Shown here: piece by piece, positions 1 to 10,414 of the stretch
Layout: each line of letters begins with the position of its first letter
Position numbering within the stretch: position 1 is the first letter of the stretch
NCBI GenBank assembly: GCA_963838925.1
Contig: CAWISW010000003.1
Location: 608,001 to 672,000, forward strand
Length of the DNA stretch: 64,000 bases
From: an uncultured Nitrososphaerota archaeon
GTDB lineage: Archaea; Thermoproteota; Nitrososphaeria; Nitrososphaerales; Gagatemarchaeaceae
Direction: 5' to 3'
Position numbers and translations under genes: made by a program
Notes under the pieces: model-generated
What the model was told of the DNA's origin: nothing
Database searches by the model: none
What the model saw: only the letters and a program-made list of their open reading frames with translations

Positions 1-76
1 GATTGAGCGGGCCGAATCCTCCACCTGAGAGAATCTCCGACTTGGAATCAGAGACGCTCCCATATCGTGACACAAG

Positions 77-301
77 ATGAGTTCCGTCAATCAAGAGTGG
101 GTACTCGAACACGTGAGCAAGCTGGGTGGGCAGGCGCAGGTCAGAGAATTATACTCGGCCGCACAGTCGGAGGGTCTCCAGGAAGAAGAGTCGAGAGCAG
201 GCGGCAACATCTCGAAGAGGCTAAGCCAGCTGGCAAAATGGGGGCTAGTGATTAAGGTCAAGCGCGGGCTCTACCGTCTGCCGAGCTATCGAGGTGTGTG
301 A
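77..301 (+). CDS. small winged helix-turn-helix protein
   Basis: 74 aa; wHTH-like C-terminus ISKRLSQLAKWGLVIKVKRGLYRL. Confidence 0.6.
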   Translation: MSSVNQEWVLEHVSKLGGQAQVRELYSAAQSEGLQEEESRAGGNISKRLSQLAKWGLVIKVKRGLYRLPSYRGV

Positions 302-340
302 GTGCGGCCAGCGACAGAAAACGGAACATCAAATGAATGC

Positions 341-772
341 TCATTCGTGCTTGTGCACATGGTAAAGGAGGGGGAGGCTAGAAAGCGCTATTGCCCTGCC
401 TCTTGTCGTTAGCGAGTACGTGACTCTCACGGGGCCCCTACTCATGACGCTCCTTGTCAGGACTCCGTGCCTCTGAAGCATCCTGAGTTTGTCCGTCAGC
501 GTCCTGGAGCTTATCCCTTGCAGCAGATCCCTCAACTCATTGAACTTGAGGTCCCGCATATAGAGAAGAAATATTATTCCTAGCGACCACCGCTGAGACA
601 GCACATTCAGGATAGCCGACACGCGCCTCATTTCCCCCTCTATCTCCTCGAGGCTCCACTCATTTTTCTCTGTTGTCTGGTGTTTCGAGATTGTGCGAGT
701 GAGGTTTGCGAGGAAATCTTCCGTCAGCCGTGCCACTTCCTTCTCGAATGCTTTATGCGACGTAGACATCAC
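341..772 (-). CDS. HxlR-family transcriptional regulator
   Basis: RWSLGII...KFNELRDLLQGISSRTLTDKLRML...RVTYSLTTRG signature. Confidence 0.9.
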   Translation of the reverse strand: MMSTSHKAFEKEVARLTEDFLANLTRTISKHQTTEKNEWSLEEIEGEMRRVSAILNVLSQRWSLGIIFLLYMRDLKFNELRDLLQGISSRTLTDKLRMLQRHGVLTRSVMSRGPVRVTYSLTTRGRAIALSSLPLLYHVHKHE

Positions 773-894
773 GCACGTGCGGAATGCGCTCTTACTTGCT
801 TAAAAGATTACGACGGCCTGCTATCAAGTGTATATTGCACACCACCTTTAAATAAAGCACTAAGGGAAACCGCCCTAAGCGAGGGAGAGTCGGA

Positions 895-1155
895 TTGCCG
901 GAGCGCAGATTTGCTTTGATTATTGCCGGGTTCTTATTCCTGATTATTGGAACCGTTTTCGCGTTGCAGGGCGCCGACGTCTTGAAGGGGAGCGCGGTCA
1001 TGAGCGGAAATTCTGCGTACATCTATGTCGGAGGCGTGCTTGACGTCGTTGGACTCGTCCTGATAATCGCGGGCGCAACGCGAGGATACAGGCCGGCCTC
1101 TGCCCGGGCTGGTTTAGACCCCACCCAATCCAAGACTTTGAGCTCATCAACCTAG
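895..1155 (+). CDS. small two-TM membrane protein
   Basis: two hydrophobic helices around LQGADVLKGSAVMSG; lies directly upstream of the MFS gene. Confidence 0.65.
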   Translation: MPERRFALIIAGFLFLIIGTVFALQGADVLKGSAVMSGNSAYIYVGGVLDVVGLVLIIAGATRGYRPASARAGLDPTQSKTLSSST

Positions 1156-1165
1156 GCGTAGGTCA

Positions 1166-2623
1166 TTGGCCGCGGAAAAGCCGGTTTTCAATCAGTCTTA
1201 CGCGAACAGGGTGCTCGTACTCTTCTCGCTGCTCGCGGCGTTCGTCCTCTACGTCGACATAATGCTCACGCCGTCGCTTCCCAGGATCGCCTCCGACTAC
1301 AACGTGACCATCGCGGAGGTGAGCCTTGTTATCTCGCTCTACACCGTCTTCGGGACTGCCGTTAACCCCGTGATAGGGAAGCTCGGCGACATCATGGGGA
1401 AGAAGCGGGTCCTGATCTACGTCCTGGTGATCTACTGCGCCATGGTCGCGGTGACATCCTTCGCCTCGAGCTTCACGGTCCTCCTGGTCTCGAGGACCGT
1501 TCAGGGAATCGGGCTCGGGATATTCCCGCTCGCATTCAGCTTGGTCAGGGAGGAGTTCCCGCGCGAGCTGGTCCCTCGTGCCCAGGGGATACTCAGCGCG
1601 ATGTTCGGCGCCGGGGCCGCCTTCGGCCTCCCCATCGGCGCCCTGATCGCGAACTCGTACGGGTGGCAGGCGAACTACCACATCGCCCTCCCATTCATCG
1701 TGGTCCTCACGGTCCTCATCTTCTACACCGTGAAGGAGTCCTCGGTCACGGACCCCAACGCGAAGCTGGACTATGTCGGGGCGACCTGGCTGGGCGCAGC
1801 CCTCGGCGCGATAGTCCTGGGCCTCTCCGAGGGATCGACCTGGGGGTGGACCTCCCTGCCGGTTCTTGGCATGGTCTTCGGCGGCTTCTTCTTCCTGATA
1901 CCGCTCGTCGTCTACGAGAGGAGGGTCGCCGAGCCCATCCTCAACCTCAAACTGCTCGCGATCAGGAACGTCATCGTCGCCAACGTGGTCGGAATCACTT
2001 CCGGAGCAGCGCTCTTCATCGCCTTCCAAGCGATAAGCTTCCAGCTCGAGCTGGCGCCGCCCAGCGGATACGGCTTTGACATCCTGACCACCGGGCTCTA
2101 CCTTCTTCCGCTAGCCGTCGCGATACTGATCGTCGCAATACCTGTGGGCCGCCTGACCCCCAAGTACGGGGTCAAGCCCTTCCTGTACCTCGGCAGCGTC
2201 CTGGGTGCGTTCGGGTTCCTCTTGATCTCCACCGCGACGACCGCAGCCCAGATAGCGGAGTACCTGATCGTCGCGTCTGCAGGCTTGGGGATGCTGCTGG
2301 TCGCGACCCAGAACCTCCTCGTCCTGTCGGTCAAGAAGAGGGAGATGGGGCTCGCCACCTCCCTGAACACGGTCTTCAGGAACATCGGGTCGAGCCTCGG
2401 AGCGCCTATAGCAGGTTCGCTTATGACCACGTTCGTCGTTGCTTACGTCATCGGCGGCCAGACCATCTCCCTCCCGACCCACACCGCCTTTCACTACGCC
2501 TACTACATCGCCGTCGTGGGATTCATGGTATCCCTTGTGATCGCCATCTTCGCCCAAGAGGTTATGGGGAAGAGGGCCGTAGCGCCGGTCGTGGACAAGT
2601 CCGCGGAGGCCCCAGCCGTTTGA
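1166..2623 (+). CDS. MFS transporter (DHA2-like)
   Basis: about 14 TM segments; motif A GKLGDIMGKK; RTVQGIG. Confidence 0.9.
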   Translation: MAAEKPVFNQSYANRVLVLFSLLAAFVLYVDIMLTPSLPRIASDYNVTIAEVSLVISLYTVFGTAVNPVIGKLGDIMGKKRVLIYVLVIYCAMVAVTSFASSFTVLLVSRTVQGIGLGIFPLAFSLVREEFPRELVPRAQGILSAMFGAGAAFGLPIGALIANSYGWQANYHIALPFIVVLTVLIFYTVKESSVTDPNAKLDYVGATWLGAALGAIVLGLSEGSTWGWTSLPVLGMVFGGFFFLIPLVVYERRVAEPILNLKLLAIRNVIVANVVGITSGAALFIAFQAISFQLELAPPSGYGFDILTTGLYLLPLAVAILIVAIPVGRLTPKYGVKPFLYLGSVLGAFGFLLISTATTAAQIAEYLIVASAGLGMLLVATQNLLVLSVKKREMGLATSLNTVFRNIGSSLGAPIAGSLMTTFVVAYVIGGQTISLPTHTAFHYAYYIAVVGFMVSLVIAIFAQEVMGKRAVAPVVDKSAEAPAV

Positions 2624-3015
2624 CCCGGAGCTACGAACGGATCCTCCTGGCCTACGACGGTTCCAAGAACGCGGAGAGCGCGCTTGCGAGGGCGGCTTCC
2701 TTGGCGGAGGCCTGCGGCGCGCGGCTCGCCATAGTCGTGGTGGTCCCTCCTTCAGCCTACGAGGAGACCGTGCAGAGCGGCAGGGAAGTCCTCGGAAAGG
2801 CGGTCGCGAAGGCCAAGCGGACGGTCGGCGACGTCACAGGGGTTCTGAGGGATGGACAGGCCGCGGACGAGATACTCACTGCCTCAGAGGAGCAGGGGGC
2901 CGACCTGGTGGTGATAGGCAGGAGGGGCCTGTCGGCCGCCCAGCGCCTTCTCATGGGAGGCACCTCGTCCGCGGTCGTCGCACACTCGAAGTGCGACGTC
3001 CTCGTCGTGAAGTGA
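2620..3015 (+). CDS. universal stress protein (UspA family)
   Basis: ILLAYDGS...ADLVVIGRRG...LMGGTSSAVVAHSKCDVLVV. Confidence 0.92.
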   Translation: MTRSYERILLAYDGSKNAESALARAASLAEACGARLAIVVVVPPSAYEETVQSGREVLGKAVAKAKRTVGDVTGVLRDGQAADEILTASEEQGADLVVIGRRGLSAAQRLLMGGTSSAVVAHSKCDVLVVK

Positions 3016-3082
3016 GCAGAAGGCCGTCATCTCCAATCAACATAATAATCTCTCCCGGAGACGCTCGCCCGCTTAGCAAAAC

Positions 3083-4669
3083 TTGGTCGACGAGACAAGA
3101 TTCATCCCGAAGACGATGACGACGCAGCATCCCGACAACGCGAACACGCCCCCGTGGACGTCTTCGACAAACGGGGTCATCGAGGGAGAGACGGAGCTGG
3201 ACGAGGCCTTCATCGCGTACAGCAAGCTGGCCTGCAGCGAGGTCATGTGGGACTCGGAGGGGAAGGACGTCGACACCAACGTCGTCAGGAAGCTTCTCAG
3301 CAAGTACCCCGACTATTTCATGGACAACGTCTTCGGCCGAGACATCTTCCTCACCTACCGCATCCCGAACCCGCTGGTGGAGAAGGCCGAGAGGAAGATA
3401 GTCACCCAGACGCTCCAGTCCATCCCGCTCCAATCAGACGTCGCGAGCGCGTTCTACGAGAAGGAGACGGTTCCGGTCTCGTCCGTGATACTCCCATTCA
3501 CCACGAAGGGGGCGGAGCTCCTGTGGCTCGACAGGTGCTACGGCAGGGCGATAGCGGGCATCGAGGACGTCAGCCTGGGCGGCACCATGAAGGTCAAGGA
3601 CTGGGTGGGTCACTTCCTCCCCAAGAAGATCGACGCAATCCCCCTCGTCGAGGACGCCCCGAGCCTGATGACCATGGACAAGATCGTGGGCGAGTACATC
3701 ACGACGGTCAAGCCGAAGATGATGCGCGTCTTCATCGCAAGGTCCGACCCCGCGCTCAACTACGGCCTGATCACGGCGGTCCTCCTCTCGAAGGTGGCCC
3801 TCGGCAAGCTCTCGCAGGTCCAGAAGAAGACCGGAGTGAAGATCAACCCGATACTGGGCGTCGGGACGATGCCCTTCAGGGGGCACCTGAACCCTGACAA
3901 CATCGACAACTTCCTCCTCGAGTACAGGGGGCTCTCGACGGTCACCATCCAGTCGGCCTTCCGCTACGACTATCCCAGCGACGTGGTCGAGAGGGGCATC
4001 GCCTCCCTCAACCAGCAGCTCCCGAACGGGGAGCTCGCCCAGATCGACGAGGACCAGGTGACGCAGGTCGAGAGCGCCATGAAGAAGCTGATACCCGTCT
4101 TCCAGGCACGGGTCGAGATTCTCGCGCCTCTGATCAACTACGTCGCCTCGTTCATCCCCACGAGGAGGGCGCGCAAGCTCCACATCGGGCTCTTCGGCTA
4201 CAGCAGGAGGGTCAAGGGCGTGACCATGCCGAGGGCGATACCCTTCGCGGCCGCGTTCTACTCGCTGGGCATCCCGCCCGAGTTCATCGGAGCGCAGGCC
4301 CTTCGCTCGCTCACCGACAAGGAGCTCGACACCGTGAGGGAGTGCTACAGGGGAATCCAGTTCGACTACCGCTTCGCTGGGGCGCTCGTCTCCTGGGAGA
4401 CAGTCCACCTCCTAGTCGACAAGTACGACGTGATGGCGAAGATCACCCAGATGAACAAGGAGAAGCTGAAGACCGCCCTGAGGTACGTGATGGCGGACCT
4501 CTCCACCATCGAGGAGACCCTCTCGCTTCCTCTCGGCCCGTCCGACAACAGGTCGAAGAAGCACGAGAACTTCGTCAACACGTTCATGATGTCCGCGATG
4601 GACGGCGAAAGGTCCAGCGCCTCAAACGCTTTCATAGAGGCGGCCAAGCTCAGACGATGCCTGGGCTAG
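3083..4669 (+). CDS. ppcA: archaeal-type phosphoenolpyruvate carboxylase
   Basis: IPKTMTTQHPDNA, EVMWDSEGK, RSDPALNYG, PFRGHL, PRAIPF motifs; 528 aa. Confidence 0.95.
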   Translation: MVDETRFIPKTMTTQHPDNANTPPWTSSTNGVIEGETELDEAFIAYSKLACSEVMWDSEGKDVDTNVVRKLLSKYPDYFMDNVFGRDIFLTYRIPNPLVEKAERKIVTQTLQSIPLQSDVASAFYEKETVPVSSVILPFTTKGAELLWLDRCYGRAIAGIEDVSLGGTMKVKDWVGHFLPKKIDAIPLVEDAPSLMTMDKIVGEYITTVKPKMMRVFIARSDPALNYGLITAVLLSKVALGKLSQVQKKTGVKINPILGVGTMPFRGHLNPDNIDNFLLEYRGLSTVTIQSAFRYDYPSDVVERGIASLNQQLPNGELAQIDEDQVTQVESAMKKLIPVFQARVEILAPLINYVASFIPTRRARKLHIGLFGYSRRVKGVTMPRAIPFAAAFYSLGIPPEFIGAQALRSLTDKELDTVRECYRGIQFDYRFAGALVSWETVHLLVDKYDVMAKITQMNKEKLKTALRYVMADLSTIEETLSLPLGPSDNRSKKHENFVNTFMMSAMDGERSSASNAFIEAAKLRRCLG

Positions 4670-4684
4670 GTCAGTGTTGACGGG

Positions 4685-5569
4685 ATGACAAAGGAGAACA
4701 AACGAGCGCGCAGCGGCGGCGACGCCCCGCCCCGGAGGGTGACCCTGGGGCTCGTCCAGATGTCGATGGACGACGACCAGGACGCGAACATCTCCAAGGC
4801 CGTCGCGATGGTAGGGGAGGCCTCGCGCAAGGGCGCCTCGATCGTCTGCCTCCCAGAGCTCTTCGCCTCGCGCTACTTCCCACAGGAGAAGGGGGCCAAG
4901 CCGCGAGCCGAGCCCATCCCGGGCCAGACGACCAAGCGCCTATCCGAGGCCGCCCGCGACTCCAAGGTCGCGCTCGTGGGAGGCTCGCTCTACGAGAAGG
5001 CCACGAAAGGCCGGTACTACAACACCTCCGTGGTCTTCAACGAGAGCGGCAGGCTGCTCGGGAAGTACAGGAAGGTCCAGGTCCCGCAGGACGAGTCCTT
5101 CTACGAGAAGGACTACTTCTCCAGCGGGGACTCGTACAGCGTCTTCAAGACCGCCGCCGCGAGGGTGGGCGTCCTGATCTGCTTCGACCAGTGGTACCCC
5201 GAGCCTGCGAGGGTGAACAAGCTCATGGGCGCCGAGGTGTTGTTCTATCCGACCGCGATCGGCAGGGTCGACGGCATCGACGAGACCGAGGGCGACTGGA
5301 AGGGCGCCTGGGAGGCAGTCCAGCGCGGGCACGCGATATCCAACAGCATCGTGGTGGCCGCCGCCAACCGCGTCGGGAGGGAGGACCGGATGAGCTTCTG
5401 GGGAGGCTCGTTCGTCTGCGACCAGTTCGGGACCGTTCTCGCCCGGGCCGGTGACAAGGAGGAGGTGCTCCTCGCCACCTGCGACCTCGACCTGGGCAGG
5501 CAGGTCGAGGAGGGCTGGGGGTTCTTGAGGAACAGGAAGCCCTCTACCTACCGCAAGATCACGGGCTAG
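4685..5569 (+). CDS. aguB: N-carbamoylputrescine amidase (nitrilase family)
   Basis: LPELF, KYRK, ICFDQWYPE catalytic triad; YPTAIG, QRGHAI; adjacent to agmatine deiminase. Confidence 0.85.
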   Translation: MTKENKRARSGGDAPPRRVTLGLVQMSMDDDQDANISKAVAMVGEASRKGASIVCLPELFASRYFPQEKGAKPRAEPIPGQTTKRLSEAARDSKVALVGGSLYEKATKGRYYNTSVVFNESGRLLGKYRKVQVPQDESFYEKDYFSSGDSYSVFKTAAARVGVLICFDQWYPEPARVNKLMGAEVLFYPTAIGRVDGIDETEGDWKGAWEAVQRGHAISNSIVVAAANRVGREDRMSFWGGSFVCDQFGTVLARAGDKEEVLLATCDLDLGRQVEEGWGFLRNRKPSTYRKITG

Positions 5570-5579
5570 GGAGACCAGC

Positions 5580-6629
5580 GTGTCCAAGAAAGGAGAGACG
5601 CCGTCCGGGTTAGGCTTCTCGATGCCGGCCGAGTGGGCCAAGCACGACTCCACCTGGCTATCCTGGCCCAAGAACCCCCTGACCTTCCCGCCGAAGGTCC
5701 TGCCCAAGGTCGAGGCGGCGTACGTTGAGATGGCTGAGGCCCTCGCGAAGGGCGAGCGCGTGGACATGCTCGTCGACGACGAACGCGCCGAGGAGCACGT
5801 GAGGTCGATGCTGTCCACCAAGAACGTCGCTTATCACAGGATCAGGAGCGCCGACGTCTGGATGCGCGACTACGGGCCGATCTTCGTGAAGAAGGGGACG
5901 GGCCGGGGACAAGTAGCGGCCACCAAGTGGGAGTTCAACGCCTGGGGAGAGAAGTACGACGACCTCCTCATGGACAACGCAACCGGGCTCGAGGTCGCGC
6001 GGTCGACGGGGCTGAGGGTCTTCGAGACGGGAGTGGTGCTCGAAGGGGGCTCGATAGACGTGAACGGCAGGGGCGCCCTGCTCACCAGCGAGCAGTGCCT
6101 CCTCAACAAGAACCGCAACCCGCGCCTCGGGAAGCCCCAGCTCGAGCGACTTCTCAGCGACTACCTGGGCGCAAAGAGCGTCGTGTGGCTGGAGAAGGGG
6201 GTAGCAGGTGACGACACCGACGGCCACGTCGACGACGTCGCGCGATTCGTCGACGAGAACACCGTGGTCTGCATGTCGGAGCCGGACTCCGGAGACGTCA
6301 ACCACGCCGTGCTGGAGAGGAACTTGGAGATCCTTTCCAACCACAAGGACGACGAGGGCCGCCGCCTGGAGGTCGTGCCGATCAGGATGCCCCGGCAGGT
6401 CGAGGTGGACGACGGGCGGCTGCCCGCCAGCTACGCGAACTTCTACATCGGGAACTCCGCGGTCCTTGTCCCGGTCTTCGGAGACGCGAGGAGGGACAGC
6501 GCGGCCCTCGAGACCCTGTCAGAGTACTTCCCGGGCAGAAAGGTCATGCCTGTGAATTGCAAGGAGCTCGTCTACGGCTTCGGGGGCATCCACTGCGTCA
6601 GCCAGCAGCAGCCCGCCTACTCAGCCTAG
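5580..6629 (+). CDS. aguA: agmatine deiminase
   Basis: MPAEW, WMRDYGP, LEGGSI, DDTDGHVD, ASYANFY, GGIHC. Confidence 0.93.
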   Translation: MSKKGETPSGLGFSMPAEWAKHDSTWLSWPKNPLTFPPKVLPKVEAAYVEMAEALAKGERVDMLVDDERAEEHVRSMLSTKNVAYHRIRSADVWMRDYGPIFVKKGTGRGQVAATKWEFNAWGEKYDDLLMDNATGLEVARSTGLRVFETGVVLEGGSIDVNGRGALLTSEQCLLNKNRNPRLGKPQLERLLSDYLGAKSVVWLEKGVAGDDTDGHVDDVARFVDENTVVCMSEPDSGDVNHAVLERNLEILSNHKDDEGRRLEVVPIRMPRQVEVDDGRLPASYANFYIGNSAVLVPVFGDARRDSAALETLSEYFPGRKVMPVNCKELVYGFGGIHCVSQQQPAYSA

Positions 6630-7018
6630 CGGAAGCCCCAACTGCGCTTCACCAGCGGCGTCACCTTCACGTAGGAGCGGCCCCCCTCCTTTCCGACCTC
6701 AGCGACGCCCCTGACCTCGAGCCCGCGCGGCCGCCACGGGCTGACCGTGACTACGTCGTCTATCACCAGAGCCACCCTCTCGTTCTCGAGCAGGTTCCGG
6801 AACTTCAGGCTCTTCTCCAAGTTCCACCCTGTGAAGTAGAAGGCCATCCCGTCGAACTCGTACACGACCGGGACCACGTGAGGCTGGCCCTCCCTCGATG
6901 CCGTCGCCACCCTGGCTAACCGACTCTGGGTAAGGAACGCGACCTCGTCGTCCGTGAAGGAGACAGGCTTGGCGCCGACGCCGTTCTTGCTAGCGAGGCC
7001 CCTGCTCCTCATGGGCAT
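6626..7018 (-). CDS. PPOX-class (pyridoxamine 5'-phosphate oxidase-like, possibly F420-dependent) oxidoreductase
   Basis: LARVATASREGQPHVVPV; KFRNL; VIDD..S..PWRPRGLEVRG. Confidence 0.88.
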   Translation of the reverse strand: MPMRSRGLASKNGVGAKPVSFTDDEVAFLTQSRLARVATASREGQPHVVPVVYEFDGMAFYFTGWNLEKSLKFRNLLENERVALVIDDVVTVSPWRPRGLEVRGVAEVGKEGGRSYVKVTPLVKRSWGFR

Positions 7019-7082
7019 CGCTTGGGCCGCGGCCGGCTAATATGTTGGGCAGTTGCGCGATTGTGAGTAGGTCTCGCCGGCG

Positions 7083-7448
7083 CTACTTGACCTTGGCGTC
7101 TTGAGCGTGCGGCTTTTCCCACTTGACCGCCCACTCGGCAAACTGAGCCAGGATCGCGTGGAGCTCCCATCCCTTCTTGGTGAGCGAGTACTCCACCCTC
7201 GGGGGCGAGTCGGGGAAGACCTTCCTCTCCACGATGCTCTGGCGCTCGAGCTCCGAGAGCCTCTCGGTCAGGCTCGTCGCGCTTATCCCGGATGTCCTTC
7301 TCTTCAGCTCGTTGAACCTCGCCGGCTCCTTGAGCCCGAGGCTGTGGATCACCGGCAGCGTCCAGACCTTGGTAAGCTGGTTCCAAGTGGCGTGGACGAC
7401 CTTGCATCCGTCGAGAACGTCCTGAGCTATCTGATTCGTCTCAATCAA
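7083..7448 (-). CDS. HxlR-family transcriptional regulator
   Basis: RFNELKRRTSGISATSLTERLSELE...PPRVEYSLTKKG. Confidence 0.92.
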   Translation of the reverse strand: MIETNQIAQDVLDGCKVVHATWNQLTKVWTLPVIHSLGLKEPARFNELKRRTSGISATSLTERLSELERQSIVERKVFPDSPPRVEYSLTKKGWELHAILAQFAEWAVKWEKPHAQDAKVK

Positions 7449-7464
7449 CTAACACGCACCTATC

Positions 7465-7493
7465 TAGTAAGTATATGTTACTAAGTATATAAA
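7465..7493 (-). promoter_or_regulatory. TATA box (TTTATATA) with adjacent inverted repeat TAGTAA-N7-TTACTA, candidate HxlR operator
   Basis: palindrome at 7465-7483 lies between the TATA box (7486-7493) and the regulator start. Confidence 0.5.
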
Positions 7494-7652
7494 CGTGATT
7501 GCGCGCACGCTACCCACCACTCTCCACGCAGAATCCTCTCGGAGGCCTTCAAAAGTGAGAATTCTTCTAACTTTACGTCTGACTTCCAAGGAGAATGCTC
7601 AAAACTCCAATTCCACTCTGCGAGGCCTAATATTCTCCTCACACCCATCCAT

Positions 7653-9119
7653 GTGACCAGTGAAAGAGAGATGGACCGAAGAGCGTTCCTCAGGCTCTCC
7701 GCGGCGACGGCCGGCGTGGCCGCCCTCTCGGTCTACGGCTCCGGCCTCCTCAAGGTGGTCAACGCCTCGACGTCCACGGCGACGACACCTTCTCCCGATC
7801 CAACGGCCCCGATGCCCTCCCAGCTCCAGATCCCCCACCTCCTGCGGAGGGCCGGCTTCGGAGGAGGTCCAGCGGAGCAGGCGAAGTACCAGGCGATGGG
7901 CTACGACGCGGCTGTCCAGTACCTCCTGAACTACAGCCAGATCGACAACAGCGCCCTCAACGCGGTGACGCCCAACATCAGGACCTCCTACTCGGGCACA
8001 GTCCCCACCGGGCAGAACGAGGAGAACAACCTCGCGACCTGGTGGCTCAACAGGATGGTCAAGACCCCGAGGCCCCTCGAGGAGAAGATGACGCTCTTCT
8101 GGCACAACCACTTCGCGACGGCGATCTCCAAAGTCCAGAACGGGTACCTGATGTACCAGCAGAACCAGTTCCTCCGCGCCAACGCCCTGGGGAACTTCCA
8201 CGACCTCCTCACGGGAATAACCTGGGACGGCGCCATGCTCGTCTGGCTGGACGGGGTGATGAACCTTGAGAAGAACCCCAACCAGAACTACGCCAGGGAA
8301 GTGATGGAGGTCTTCTCGACAGGGAGAGGCCCCTACACCCAGAACGACGTGATAGAGGGTGCGGCGGCCTTCACAGGCTTCTCGATCAACTCAACCGGGC
8401 AGGGAGTATACAACCCGGCCAAACACGACAACAGCGTCAAGACCTTCCTGGGCCAGACCGGCGCCTTCGGCCCGCAGGACATCATCGACATCCTCGTGGC
8501 GCGCCCCGAGACGGCCGCGAACCTGTCGACCGAGCTCTTCCAGTTCTTCGGCTACCCGAACCCCAGCGCCGACATGATACAGAGGCTGTCCGCGGTCTAC
8601 TTCGACAGCGGCTACGGCATAGGGTCGATGGTCGAGGCGATACTTACATCCCCCGAGTTCGTCTCGAACCAGGCGTACCTCGCGAACGTGAAGAGCCCGA
8701 CGGAGTACATCGTCACGGCCCTCCGCTCGCTCAACGCGACGTCCACCCCTAACGCGCTCATCGGGACGAGCAACAACCAGGGGCAGCTGCTCTTCGATCC
8801 CCCCAGCGTGTTCGGATGGCCCATCGGCATGCTATGGATAAACACCGGCTCGCTGATGGAGCGCTACAACTTTCCCATCAACGTCCAGACCACACCGGAG
8901 AACAGCGCCAGCGGTCTGAACCCCTCGCAGTACTTCGGGAGCGGGAACTCCCTGAGCACGGGCGTCTCATCAATCGCCAACTCCCTCTTCCCCGACGGGC
9001 TGCCGACCAACGTGCTCTCCGAGATCCAATCCGCGACCGGCACATACACCAATGCAATCCTCATGACCAAGGAAACGGTCCGCCTCACGATGGCGAGCCC
9101 GTTCTACAACCTGAATTAA
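7653..9119 (+). CDS. DUF1800 family protein with twin-arginine signal
   Basis: DRRAFL Tat motif; HLLRRAGFG, EKMTLFWHNHFAT, NYAREVME, PPSVFGW. Confidence 0.92.
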   Translation: MTSEREMDRRAFLRLSAATAGVAALSVYGSGLLKVVNASTSTATTPSPDPTAPMPSQLQIPHLLRRAGFGGGPAEQAKYQAMGYDAAVQYLLNYSQIDNSALNAVTPNIRTSYSGTVPTGQNEENNLATWWLNRMVKTPRPLEEKMTLFWHNHFATAISKVQNGYLMYQQNQFLRANALGNFHDLLTGITWDGAMLVWLDGVMNLEKNPNQNYAREVMEVFSTGRGPYTQNDVIEGAAAFTGFSINSTGQGVYNPAKHDNSVKTFLGQTGAFGPQDIIDILVARPETAANLSTELFQFFGYPNPSADMIQRLSAVYFDSGYGIGSMVEAILTSPEFVSNQAYLANVKSPTEYIVTALRSLNATSTPNALIGTSNNQGQLLFDPPSVFGWPIGMLWINTGSLMERYNFPINVQTTPENSASGLNPSQYFGSGNSLSTGVSSIANSLFPDGLPTNVLSEIQSATGTYTNAILMTKETVRLTMASPFYNLN

Positions 9120-9130
9120 GGTGAAATGAA

Positions 9131-10387
9131 ATGAAGAACGCCCGAAGAGACCTGTTGAGGCAGCTGGCCGCGAGAGTGGCCGGCATTCCTTCCGTCACGC
9201 CGCTTAGCCTCGGCCCCACAGTGGTCGAGGCGACGGACGCGAACCAGGCGGCGACGGCGTCGCTGCAGAACGCCTCCAACAAGACCCTCGTCGTGATCCA
9301 GCTGATGGGCGGGAACGACGGGCTCAACACGGTGGTCCCCTACGGCCAGCCGGCCTACCTCCAAAACAGGCCGACCATAGGCCTGACGTCGAGCGAGATC
9401 CTCCCCATCGACGGAGACGTCGCGCTCAACTCGCAGATGTCGGGCCTCATGAACCTCTACAAGAGCAACCGCGTCGCAATCATCCAAGGCGTCAGCTATC
9501 CGAGCCCCAACCTGTCGCACTTCGAGGCCACCGCGATATGGGAGAGCGCGTCGCCCGAGCTCCCGTTCTCGAACGGGTGGCTCGGCAGGTACATGGACGT
9601 AGCCAACCAGCTCGAGTCGCCCGCCACCGCCGTCAACCTGCAGGAGCTCGTCCCCCAGACCCTCCTCGGGGTCACCGCGCAGCCGCTCTCGTTCAACACG
9701 GTCGCGGGCTTCAAGATCGCGCCGCTGACCAAGACCGACATAACGAGCACGGCCTTCATCCAGCAGCTCAACGAGACCGCCTGCAACGCGTGCGGCGAGT
9801 ACAACGCCCTCGTCAACCAGATGATGCAGTCGGGGCTGGACGCCATGTCAGCCTCCGCGGTGATACAGGCCGCCGCGAGCAGCTACAACCCGCAGGTGAC
9901 GTACCCCACAGACGACTTCTCCCAGAGGCTCAAGCTGGCCGCCGGCATCATAGTCTCCAGCCTCAATCCCAAGATAGTGTACGTGACCCTAGGCGGGTTC
10001 GACACTCACGGGAACGAGAGGGCCGTGCAGGACCCACTCCTCAAGCAGCTCTCAGACGGCGTCAGCGCCTTCTACAACGACCTCGCCGCGCAGGGGCGCG
10101 CCAACGACACGCTCATGATGACCTTCTCGGAGTTCGGGAGGCGGGTCATAGAGAACGGGAGCAAAGGGACGGACCACGGCACCGCCCTGCCCCAGTTCAT
10201 GATAGGCGGGTCGGTGAGCCCCGGCCTCTACGGGACATATCCCAGCCTTACCGACCTGGACTCGTCGGGCAACCTGCTCTGGAACATCGACTTTAGGCAG
10301 ACCTACGCCACGGTCCTCCAGGATTGGTTCGGGATCCAGCAGACCGAGGTCCTCGACTCGACCTACGAGACCCTGTCAGTCGTCTAG
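9131..10387 (+). CDS. DUF1501 family protein
   Basis: RRDLL Tat-like start; LVVIQLMGGNDGLNTVVP, SHF, GGFDTH, FSEFGRR, GTDHG, DFRQTYA. Confidence 0.92.
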   Translation: MKNARRDLLRQLAARVAGIPSVTPLSLGPTVVEATDANQAATASLQNASNKTLVVIQLMGGNDGLNTVVPYGQPAYLQNRPTIGLTSSEILPIDGDVALNSQMSGLMNLYKSNRVAIIQGVSYPSPNLSHFEATAIWESASPELPFSNGWLGRYMDVANQLESPATAVNLQELVPQTLLGVTAQPLSFNTVAGFKIAPLTKTDITSTAFIQQLNETACNACGEYNALVNQMMQSGLDAMSASAVIQAAASSYNPQVTYPTDDFSQRLKLAAGIIVSSLNPKIVYVTLGGFDTHGNERAVQDPLLKQLSDGVSAFYNDLAAQGRANDTLMMTFSEFGRRVIENGSKGTDHGTALPQFMIGGSVSPGLYGTYPSLTDLDSSGNLLWNIDFRQTYATVLQDWFGIQQTEVLDSTYETLSVV

Positions 10388-10414
10388 CCGAAGCAGGTAA
10401 GGCTCGCAGCGACC

